From the NCBI GenBank assembly GCA_038496445.1, contig JALMLS010000522.1, positions 1 to 40,614 on the forward strand: DNA of 40,614 bases, written 5' to 3'. Under the pieces are notes generated by a model. It saw only the letters and a list, made by a program, of their open reading frames with translations. It made no database searches and had not been told where the DNA came from. The stretch's first letter is position 1. The number at the start of each line of letters is the position of its first letter. This DNA is from Trichosphaerium sp. ATCC 40318 (lineage: Eukaryota; Protista; Tubulinea). Below are positions 11,207 to 20,983 of the stretch, one piece after another. Position numbers and translations under genes: made by a program.

Positions 11207-11953
11207 ATGTCTGAAGTGGACGTATTCGGTTATGTACCGCCAGAGATACTCCAAGAAATATTAAAAGAAGTGGCTTTAACAAGCTTGGAAACCCTTAGCG
11301 ATTGTTTGGTTGTATCTCATGCTTTTCGGTCTATAATTCTCTCAAAACGCATTATAGTACAAGCACTAACGCATTACATACAGTTATGGGAAATTGAGGA
11401 GGAACCAGATATTACAAATCGTTATGGACAACTCGAAGACAACTTTCAACATAATTTGATACGTACATCATCTCAAAAGCATAAGAAGTTCACAGTTTTG
11501 ATGCCCACTGAAACATGGCTTCTTCTAGACCCCAAAACATGCTCTAATGACGTTAATGATTGCCAACAGAGGCTTTTCACATTGTTGTCGTTGAAGGAGT
11601 ACTTGTTATTTGAACATACAATACATTTTAATGGATTCTTTGAAGTTACTGGCTTTTTACATACCCACAACCATAAAAAAGTAGGAAAAAACAAAGATGT
11701 CTGTCCTCCATCCGGAGAGGACTTTCTGAAGCTTATTGGTATGAAAGAAGTAGAAAAACATTCAACACCACCAATCGCAGATGTAAAGAACTTAGATTCA
11801 TTTGGATTCGGATGTAACTTTAATGATATCAGTATAAAGGATACTCACTACGTTGCTACTGTTATTAACTATAATACTATTATCTTGGTTTTTGTTGGTT
11901 ATAACAGGTTTGGTTATTTAGCAGGTGCTTCAGTCTTCAGATATGATCTTTAA
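11207..11953 (+). CDS. F-box protein with unknown C-terminal domain, intronless
   Basis: MSEVDVFGYVPPEILQEILKEV...LSDCLVVSHAFRSII is F-box-like. Divergently oriented from 9629-10972. Confidence 0.75.
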   Translation: MSEVDVFGYVPPEILQEILKEVALTSLETLSDCLVVSHAFRSIILSKRIIVQALTHYIQLWEIEEEPDITNRYGQLEDNFQHNLIRTSSQKHKKFTVLMPTETWLLLDPKTCSNDVNDCQQRLFTLLSLKEYLLFEHTIHFNGFFEVTGFLHTHNHKKVGKNKDVCPPSGEDFLKLIGMKEVEKHSTPPIADVKNLDSFGFGCNFNDISIKDTHYVATVINYNTIILVFVGYNRFGYLAGASVFRYDL

Positions 11954-12480
11954 GCGATCAACTCCGAAAATAAAACGTTTACATTTTGGAGCTCACCAAA
12001 AAATACATTAGCATAATCACTATCCTTGTTGGCGATAACATTCAGGATACAACAATCTACAGCAAGCAGGTATTTTTGCAAAACGTGATAATAAAACTGC
12101 TTTATTGAGAATGAACTACAATAGGCCCCAGATAAGTTCCAATTGACCGCTTGTGCTTTTGTCTTTTTTGCATCTTGCAATATCTTCTGTATAATAAAGT
12201 GATATAATGCGGTTAATACGTTGAGCTATGATTTTAGCTTTGGGTCTAATAACCTTGAAAGTACTAGTTATCTTCTCTCTTGTTTCCTCCACGACCCATT
12301 CCTATACCTCGCAGAATGACTTTGTATGTTACTCCCGACCATACTCATTAATACATTTTTATATAACTTCTCCCAATAACTCTCTCTACGTATGTGTTTA
12401 ACCATTCCTCATCTTTCATTAGCGAATCTATATTTCACCTGCTTGGAGTTTACAGTACATGGCTTGTGTGCCGAAAAGCG
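11950..12480 (-). CDS. Possible small intron-containing hypothetical gene; structure unresolved
   Basis: Open 3' segment (KILQDAKKTKAQAVNW...SELIA*) preceded by coding-looking stretches and GT..AG-bounded AT-rich segments. No clean full model could be built. Confidence 0.25.
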
Positions 12481-12632
12481 TTCTAAAAATAAACAAAGTA
12501 ATTATTTTTTAACTTTTTTTCTGAAATCAGATTAATGGGTAAAAAATAATCTTACGCATTTCCCTTCAATATTCTGGGTCTTACAAACTTATGCAAAACT
12601 GTGTGTACTTAACATCAATGACTAAGTTGACT

Positions 12633-13016
12633 AGGCTGTAGTACTGTACTCTTTTTAGGCTGTAGTACTGTACTCTTTTTAGGCTGTAGTACTGTACTCT
12701 TTTTAGGCTGTAGTACTGTACTCTTTTTAGGCTGTAGTACTGTACTCTTTTTAGGCTGTAGTACTGTACTCTTTTTAGGCTGTAGTACTGTACTCTTTTT
12801 AGGCTGTAGTACTGTACTCTTTTTAGGCTGTAGTACTGTACTCTTTTTAGGCTGTAGTACTGTACTCTTTTTAGGCTGTAGTACTGTACTCTTTTTAGGC
12901 TGTAGTACTGTACTCTTTTTAGGTTGTAGTACTGTACACTTTTTAGACTACGGTACTGTACAGTTTTTAGGGTGTGGTACTGTACACTTTTTAGACTGTA
13001 GTACCATACACTTTTT
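12633..13016. repeat. 24-bp tandem minisatellite (AGGCTGTAGTACTGTACTCTTTTT), 12 perfect + 4 degenerate copies
   Basis: Directly visible. Perfect units 12633-12920, degenerate units 12921-13016, no spacers. Confidence 0.97.
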
Positions 13017-14504
13017 TACCAGTTATAACGTGCTTGACCATTACTTTACAAGCGGCCACTTGAATCTAGAGCGTAGGAATAATTTTCAGGTATGACGTTT
13101 AGTTAGATAGGGGTAAGTATAGGACAATTTATTGTAATTAGGGTTTTATTGCGAATATCATACTTATATAGTATAGGGTGAGTACAGAATCAAAAAGAAG
13201 GCGATATTAAATGAAGAAACACCAACACGTGGAAAAGAAGAATAGAAGGCGTCAGAGGGGGTGTATGCGTATCAAAATTGGCATTCAACATACTTTAATT
13301 CTAGAGATGTGTTATCGCGTGATAGCGTACCAGAGCGCTTTTTAAAGTCTAGCGAAGCGCAAGCGAGCCAGTTTCCGTGATTTTTTATTTGTAGTTACCA
13401 ATCTACGCGAAGCCCATGCGAGCGCAGTGCCCTTGAGTTGTCTAGGTAAACCTTGAGCGGGTCTCAAGGTTTGCCGAAAGTAGACTACACAACAGCACAA
13501 TCCACGTGATTTAACACAGTACCTCTTGAATAGTCTTTTTGTTTTGTATTTGAAGATTTAGGTTTAGATAGGAGGTGGTACAGGATCATTTTTATACAGG
13601 TTCCGGAATATGGTCAAAGTCCTTCAAGTATTGCACGTTTTACTAATTTCAACCTCCACAGATGCGGCCAATAACTCGGTAAATAGGGCGCAATCCACAT
13701 AAGATTTTTTTGGTGGCGTTAAACCTCAATTTGGTACGGCGACTCCGTAAATTTTGAAGATCATTCTTGCGCCCTAGGTTATGGCGTCGACACTGCCACA
13801 GCGGACACCACATGCCATATAAACGCCGCTCGGTCATTTTCATGTGTATAGGATAGTTTCAGAGGCGAGAACGAGATTTTATTTCCACGTGTGTACGTCC
13901 AACTCAATTTTAAACTCAGTTTTACGCAATCGCAGAACAAAATAAGGCTAGTACATTACGCGTCAAGTGTCAACCAAACTTTGTATCTGTAAAAAAGGAA
14001 AACATGTTCTCAAACACAATAAAAACACTGTATCTATCGTTCCCGAGCAGTCTCAAAGGCCGTAGTTGAGTTTTTTTTTGGGAACAAACCCCTAAACCCT
14101 AGCGACTTACTAAAAAAGGCAGGTTTTGGCCGTCAAGGATTTGGGGGTTTTTCCTAGGCCTAATAAGTTGACCTATAATTAGCACTAATAAAAACACAAA
14201 TCCAGCACCATTACAAGGTACACATAATATGAAGATTTGTTTAATCCTTAACGTGTGTTTAGATTCTAGCACTGTCAAATGAGTTCAAAACCAATTACCG
14301 GCTACCTCAAAAGCAATAAAGAGAGCACCAATGAGTACGTTAACCTCGTTAGTGTGATCTAAACGTTAAATACGCTGAGATTACCAAATTTACAGCAAAA
14401 TGAGTGAATCAAGTTTATTTCGGTTTTTGAGCACGTGTAAAACCGCAAACACGTTTTTTTTCTGAAAATAAAAATTACGGAGTTGACCAGTAGAGTGATA
14501 AAAA

Positions 14505-15555
14505 ATGTCACACTACAATCGCAGTGTTGAGCTCTTTTTGTTCATCACTGTGAGCATGTAGCTCCTTTTAATAAGTAAAATATGGATTCAAATTCTCACC
14601 ACTTTATTTAAGTCGTTCAGAGACAGAAAAAGTCATAGCTTCTGGTTCAAACCAAGAGTGTTGCGATGAGCAAACCAGCACGCCAACAGAGAGCACAAAA
14701 TCCAGTCCTGATAAAAATCAAGTGTCCAAAACCTGCAACGTTCCCAGCAGAATCACAATTTTATCGAGTGAAGATTGTGTGAATTATTCAGGAAGTCCTC
14801 TTCTTCGCCAGTCAGAAATATCATTGGAGGAATTTCCAGATGCTACAGATGAAGATCTCGCTCTTCTCTCTGGTGTTAAACACTTGACACTGTGCAACAA
14901 TAACAAAATAACGAGCACAGGACTCAGCTCAGTGTGTGGAGTAGAAATTCTTAATTTGTGGTATTGTCCGGAAGTTACTGATTCAGGCATATTCGCAATA
15001 GTAAAGCACCTCAAATTAATTAGCATGGTGGGTACAAGCGTTACAGACAAGGGCGTGAAAGCGTTTAAGGGAATACCAACAGTTAGTCTACAACACTCCA
15101 AGTTAAGCGGAGATACTTTCTCAGCCTTGTCTGGTGTTTCTTATCTTGATCTATACTCTGCTCACCTCAATAACAATGGCGGAATCTCAGCACTGACTGG
15201 AATACATACCGTTGATTTAACCAGAGCAACATTTACAGATGAATGTGTCGCAGCGCTAGCTGGAGTACATACCATTAACTTACAAGATACGCTGGTTACA
15301 GACAAAGGTGTAGCGGCTTTAAAGGGCGTACACACTATCAGTCTCAAATTTTGTAAACGTATCAATGGATCTTGTATGAAAAGTCTTGCGAATGCTCACA
15401 CTATTAACATTTCACGAACAAATGCAAGAGATGATTGGATCCTTCCACTTACCGGTGTACACTTGTTAATAATGAACTATTGTCTAGACGTGTCTTTTGA
15501 AGCTATGCAAACAGTTAGAAACTATGGAGGAGAAATAGAATGCTGCTATGGATAG
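14505..15555 (+). CDS. LRR protein of the same family; 5' end uncertain (spliced short first exon or disrupted)
   Basis: Open frame from about 14575 to 15555 with repeats VTDKGVAALKGVHTISLKFC but no early in-frame ATG. Nearest plausible start ATG 14505 (MSHYNRSVELFLFIT) is followed by a possible GTGAGC donor at 14550. Confidence 0.7.
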
Positions 15556-15703
15556 GCTGAGTTGTAACATCTCCACTTTTAGAAAAAAATTTGCAGAAAG
15601 TAATTACAGTCCAAGTCTAACCTACCAACTATTTCGACAAGAAACTAATAAACAATCACTTTCAAATAGTAACCTTTAGTAAACGAAAGGACTCTTTTTT
15701 TTG

Positions 15704-16078
15704 TTAAAGGTGTATTGTACAAGTGAATACATACCCATTTATTTCATGTGGGCGAGATAAACAAGTGAACACGTGTTTGGCCTTAATCGGTACAAACCAA
15801 AGAAACCAATCCAGACGTGCTAACCCCCTTTGTAAGAAAGATGATGGGTAATAGGTTGTCATCCCATCCTTGCTTTTTAGGCCTAGCTTGCTGCAATAGC
15901 TTTGTTGAGCCTTTACTCCACTTTTTTTGTGAATTTTAGTGCAAATCCAATGTTTTTGTTTATTGTCTAGACTTACGTTAGTTGCTGCACGTGTTGAAGT
16001 TGCGTTCTTCCGCTTTCGCAATTTTTCTTTTGTTTTTGCCAAGATGCTCTCGTAGGAGGCCTCTAATGTGAGATTCAT
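15704..16078 (-). CDS. Hypothetical small protein, probably spliced
   Basis: ATG 16078, MNLTLEASYESILAKTKEKLRKRKNATSTRAATN followed by a GTAAGT donor. Head-to-head (78-bp gap) with the F-box gene at 16157. No recognisable domain. Confidence 0.35.
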   Translation of the reverse strand: MNLTLEASYESILAKTKEKLRKRKNATSTRAATNVSLDNKQKHWICTKIHKKSGVKAQQSYCSKLGLKSKDGMTTYYPSSFLQRGLARLDWFLWFVPIKAKHVFTCLSRPHEINGYVFTCTIHL

Positions 16079-16156
16079 TTTCGATAGTTTTTGAGTCGTT
16101 TTGATGAAGTTTTACTAGCCTAAACGAACTTAAACAAGTAAGCCCAACAAAGCAAA

Positions 16157-17038
16157 ATGTCAGTCAAACGTCCAACCTCAGGCGTAGCTATTTCATCACA
16201 ATCCTTGTTGTCAATACCTGTTGAGGTTCTTTTGATTATTATCGTGAGAAATGGCATTTCATGGCAAGATTTGGCTTCGCTACAACAATCAAACCATTTT
16301 CTGGACGATATGATACGAAACAACTCAGATTATATTTATCGAGGCTTGTACCATCGGAAATGGGGTAAGGGCGCTGAAGAAATAGAGTCTGCTATCCACG
16401 TGATTATTCAGAAAAATTTAATGAAGTATAAACCCATAGCACCACCTACTGCATACAAATTAGAACCAATCACGTGGAAAGAAAAGTACAAAAACAAACT
16501 TGTTCCAAACATCATTGCTGAGTTGACTTGTGATAAAACACGTGTACATAACGGTGATACTATATTATTTACACTCAAACTAGAAAATGTTGGTAACAAA
16601 TCAGAGACCATACAATCCAGAGGTATTGAAGGAGGTTATGGTTTATATGTATGGAATCCTAGAGTATCAGTTTCTTTTTCACATTTAGGAAATTATAGAA
16701 CCATTAACTTTAGTGTTTCAAGCCTACATTACTTAGATATTATACTCAATCCAGGAGATGTACAAACATACACAGAACCTTTTCGTTTTGGTATATCACA
16801 TCCATGCACAAACATTTTCTTCTCTAAGTCACAAGATGATAAACCTTCGGAAATGTTATCTCTTCATAGTAAAAGCTTAGAAGTACGTGTTGCTGATTCT
16901 TCAACACCACATGTATTTCAGCTTCAAGCGTTTTTTCAACTAAACATTTTAAAGAAAAAACGTGAGGAGATGTCAGGCCATTGTTCTTATCTTATTAGTA
17001 GTATTGTAAATCTTACCATGTACAAGCAAAAACAATAA
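16157..17038 (+). CDS. F-box protein with beta-rich (Ig-like) C-terminal domain, intronless
   Basis: LLSIPVEVLLIIIVRNGISWQDLASLQQSNHFLDDMI F-box, WKEKYK, then AELTCDK..VHNGDTILFTLKLENVG...ILNPGDVQTY, a beta-sandwich-like pattern. Confidence 0.8.
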   Translation: MSVKRPTSGVAISSQSLLSIPVEVLLIIIVRNGISWQDLASLQQSNHFLDDMIRNNSDYIYRGLYHRKWGKGAEEIESAIHVIIQKNLMKYKPIAPPTAYKLEPITWKEKYKNKLVPNIIAELTCDKTRVHNGDTILFTLKLENVGNKSETIQSRGIEGGYGLYVWNPRVSVSFSHLGNYRTINFSVSSLHYLDIILNPGDVQTYTEPFRFGISHPCTNIFFSKSQDDKPSEMLSLHSKSLEVRVADSSTPHVFQLQAFFQLNILKKKREEMSGHCSYLISSIVNLTMYKQKQ

Positions 17039-17565
17039 ACTATTAGATTTTCTCTTCATTATTTCCAAATGTAGGACAATTTGTGAATGAAGATGTAACA
17101 TTTCGTGGTTTTGGTTGGCAACAAACCATAGATAATCGCAAGTAGCAATCAAAACCATGGATTTGGAGGGGATTGACTCATTAGCTGTCAACTCATACTA
17201 CGCTAATGTATCATAGTATAAAAGCAAAATACGATTCGGGAAAAGTATCCAAAACAAGCCCTGTAATTGTTTACATTTGTTCAAAAATTATGGGACAACG
17301 AATGCAAGCAAGTACAGGGCTCAATTAGCTTTCGGTCAGGCTTGTAGCTTGGAACAAGAACCCAACCTTCACTCACAACTTGTCAGCCATTGGTGGCGTG
17401 AACATTGGCAAAAAAATGCAAAATGCAAACTGAAAATGTGAACAATCACAGTTTACCTAAAACAGATGCTTTTTTCTCCACATCAACCTTGGATTTTTAA
17501 AAATTCCTGAAATAATCCGTCTTTGCCTGCCCAACCACCTTAAAAACGTTTTTTGATCAACTGAT

Positions 17566-18806
17566 TTATTTGTTTAACTTGCCATAGCTATAATAGCAAC
17601 GTTTTTCATACTTTCCATTCTCTTGCCACTCTTTGTACTCACCATGCAAAGCACCTTCAATATAAAAACAATGTATCTTAACTTGACCATGCCAATACCA
17701 TTCCTTATACTCCTTATTCAGCTTACCATTTACATAGAAACAACGTAGACGTAATCTACCTGTTTTTTTCCATTCTTTGTACTTTCCATTTAAGCGTCCA
17801 TTTACATAAGAGCACTGTACTAGTAAGACACCGTTGTCATACCACTCTTTGTATTTTCCGTTCAACTCACCTTTGACATAAAAGCATTGCTTGTATACGC
17901 TATCACCATTTTCATAGAACTCCTTGTATTGTCCATCAAGTTCACCGCAATCATAAGAGCAATGTACCTTCAATTTACCAACCCAATGCCATTCCTTGTA
18001 CTCTTTATCCAACAGGCCATCAGAAATAAATGCATGTTTGCGTATTTGTCCATCACACGCCCACTCCCTGTACCATCCGTCCAAAGTGCCATTTTTAGAA
18101 TAAAAGCAATGTTTGTGTAGCACGTTATTATAGTGCCACTCCCTGTACTCATCTCTCAAGCAACCTTTGTTATAAAAGCAGTGAAGTACTAAATCACTGT
18201 CACGCCACTTTTTGTATTCTCCGTTTAATTCACCTTGTGAATAAAAGCAACGTTGGAGCAATGTATCTGTACCGCCCATCCACTTCTTATACTCACCATC
18301 TTTTTTGCCATTTGAGTATATGCATTGTTCAAGTGGTAAACCAGATTCATGCCATTTGTTGTACTCTCAAACCAATCGTCCTTTAACATAAAAACAAATC
18401 AAAAACAGTTTGCCATTGTCGTGCCATTCTTTGTACTCTTTGCTTAACTTGTCTCTGACATACGAGCAATGTACTTTCAATTGTCCGTTGCTAAACCAGT
18501 GCTTGCTCTCGCCATGACGTTTGCCATGTTTCCAAGAACATCTACGGAGAAGCTTCCACATGTTGTTTTGACAATGAAGTTGTTTCATCCACACACCATG
18601 CTTTCTGAGCTTAGAATCAAACCTTGTCGTCATCGCCATGTGTTTTGATAACAATGGCCATTTATAAAAAATGTCAGCGGCTAAATCAGTAATACAAAGG
18701 TGTAGCTCCACTGGGAGGTTGTGCAGGTGACTAAAATCAATGCTGTCCTTATGTATCTACTATCACGTTATAAAAATAAAAGATACACGTGTACTACCTT
18801 TTTCAT
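17566..18806 (-). pseudogene. F-box + MORN-variant repeat gene with an internal in-frame TGA
   Basis: Exon 1 ATG-AAA-AAG (18806-18798), GT-AG intron 18797-18757, then LHNLPVELHLCI (F-box-like) and ~24-aa repeats (GxLxGEYKEWxxNGxLxxxCxYxx). ORFs 18367-18711 and 17566-18279 share a frame, separated by one TGA (18369-18367) at a consensus Gly. Confidence 0.75.
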
Positions 18807-19140
18807 AGTTGCGAAAGTAGTATAGTTTAATGATTTTATTCGTTCTCGTTTCAATGATTTGTAACGCGCAATAAGCTTGGCTAAGGTTGTCGTCACTAAC
18901 CAAAGGAGTATCTATTTATGATACTTTCCGTTAAAACATACGCCTGAAAGGTTGTTCACAAATATCGCTCTAAAACTCAGGCGCTTTTACAGTTCATTGA
19001 GACTAAATTTACCGCAACTTTATTCACTTATTCAATGCGTTAATTTTACATACTCTGAGCCGGTAAACTTATTGCAAAAAGGAATAAAAAATCGTTTCGC
19101 TGCATTTGTAGGCTATCACAAAAATAAGCAAAAGGATATT

Positions 19141-19212
19141 AGGCTCCACCCGGAGTCGAACCGGGGTCACATGTACCAAAAACACGTATGATAACCGTTA
19201 CACCATGGAGCC
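19141..19212 (-). tRNA. trnQ: tRNA-Gln(TTG)
   Basis: Reverse complement folds as a cloverleaf: GGCTCCA/TGGAGCC acceptor stem, CGTGT-TT-TTG-GT-ACATG anticodon arm, CCCGG-TTCGACT-CCGGG T arm, discriminator T, TTTT terminator 7 nt downstream. Confidence 0.93.
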
Positions 19213-20021
19213 ATTTGTTGATAATAAAGTGCAGAGACGCAATACCGATCGAAAAAATATGCCTTGCAGAACTACCCAAACCAACGAAATAGTGTAGCCT
19301 TACATATTTTCGCAGTATAACTCCATACTAGTACGTACGAGGGAAAACCAATCACGAGAGTGCTGCAGTTGAACCAAAACAAATAACGCGGTAATTTGTA
19401 AATATTAGTAGCGGTAAGACCGTGATAAGCCATCTGCAAGGAGAATAGGCAAATAACCATCAAATACTACTAAAAACGCTTTGTCGCATTTAGTTCATTC
19501 TAGGCTTACCAGCTGTAAACACGTTTTAGCTTCCTGCTGAGTTTAAGGTGTTTGGCGCGGTGCGTCGGTTTTGTTAAACTACACCCAGTGGTGTCGATAC
19601 GCTCAGAAGTGGATATGTATTCACTAATACCATGAACAATCTATCGTTTAACGGAAACGAGTTTTGGTGGCAAAATCTTTCAACACTGTAGGACATGGCG
19701 CCAGCTGATAACGTGTGTTAGTGCTGGCAGTGTTAGTTTTCCATTGGTACACTGTAAACGAACAAAAATCAAACAATACAAATGGTTTTGGCATCGAAAA
19801 TCTGATTGAATTCAAGCAACTAAAGAAGAGTTAGCAATCTCCCAATACACGCAAGACGTTCTTTGTGATCTCCTTTTATTATCCATGATTGAAAGATATC
19901 AATCAGATGGCCTGGTATCGGACTTTGGTTGAAAAGCGAAAACGACGAAATTACAGTATTTATTTCATTATTTACAAACACAACAAAGTGAACAACAACA
20001 GCGAAAACAACTTCTCTAACA

Positions 20022-20511
20022 ATGAATCAAGCACACCAACGTATCGATAATGCTATAGTAGACTTGTTCGAGAATTTCTCTTCCGAAGCCTATGATAGAT
20101 TGGGCAACGAACTAGAAGCCGAATACGACGTCAATATACCTGCCACAGCTGGAAGGAGTCGCCCTGCTAATCATTCGGCTGAAGCAATACAAGTCATGGA
20201 AGAATATCCTTACAACTCTTTATTTGGAAAAATCAATCATTTGTAATTTTTTGTTTTTTCTTTCTTCTGTTTTAATCTTTATACATCGTTCTCCTTAACT
20301 CTTACTCACTTGGTATACACCTAACATACCTGAGCCATACCCTAAGTATCATGAGAAGCTCGTACTCGCAAGAGACTCTGGTCTAACTGTAGCACAAGTT
20401 AGTACTTGGTTTGCTAACATGCGCGCACGCCGTGGGCACACTAGAACTAAAAAATGCACCGAGGATTCAATAGCAGCCACTCAAACCGAAAGATTAGTCG
20501 ATACTGAATAA
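20022..20511 (+). CDS. TALE homeodomain protein HB1 (B-type); exons 20022-20203 and 20310-20511
   Basis: After removing the AT-AC intron: RPANHSAEAIQVMEDWYTPNIPEPYPKYHEKLVLARDSGLTVAQVSTWFANMRARRGH. PYP loop; collinear with paralogs at 34728-38111. Confidence 0.9.
20204..20309 (+). other. U12-type (minor spliceosome) AT-AC intron, 106 nt
   Basis: 5' site ATATCCTT, branch site TCCTTAAC at 20292-20299, terminal AC at 20308-20309. Removal restores GA|T = Asp and the MEDWYTP motif of the paralogs. Confidence 0.93.
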
Positions 20512-20983
20512 AAACAGTAGCATTGACGTAATTCAATTGTGAGATAGTATTATGTAATGCAAATAAACTGACAGCTTGATATTCGCAACTTGTAGTAATT
20601 TTATTCTTTTTTTGGACTTTTTTTGTACCACTTTTTAAACTATCGCGTTCGGGTTTTAAACAACAGTTTGCCTTAGAATATTATCTAAAGCGTGCCTTCG
20701 TAACCACTAGAAAGCGTAATCTGCTACGTTGATAGAATTCTAATTGATTAGTTCGTAATCAATCTATTGCTCTCAATGGCTCTTATATTCGCCGCTATCA
20801 ATCACCTCACGCTGTACCAACACTCTCAAACTACCACCAGATGATTTCTAAACACGGCCAAAAGCAACTGTAGCTTTGGGAAAATACAACGCCGATAATC
20901 TTTCAGATTCTAATTTTATTCTTGACATACTATAATACATTTTCCAACATTACCAAAAATGGAACGCAGGAAGAAGTCTTAAA

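Noticed and set aside
12633-13016. CRISPR array
   Set aside because: Units are head-to-tail with no unique spacers, there are no cas genes, and the context is eukaryotic.
13575-13600. U3 snoRNA box A or 18S rRNA 3' end (AGGATCATTT)
   Set aside because: Only a short match; no boxes B, C or D and no flanking rRNA helix could be found.
1384-18369. Alternative genetic code or selenocysteine suggested by two in-frame TGA codons
   Set aside because: TGA is a normal stop elsewhere (8237, 30713) and Trp is encoded by TGG. One TGA arises from local frameshifts and the other replaces a Gly.
1-19000. Endogenous giant-virus insertion
   Set aside because: No NCLDV core genes, and the F-box/LRR/MORN genes are interspersed with intron-rich host genes. 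Only gene-level exchange remains possible.
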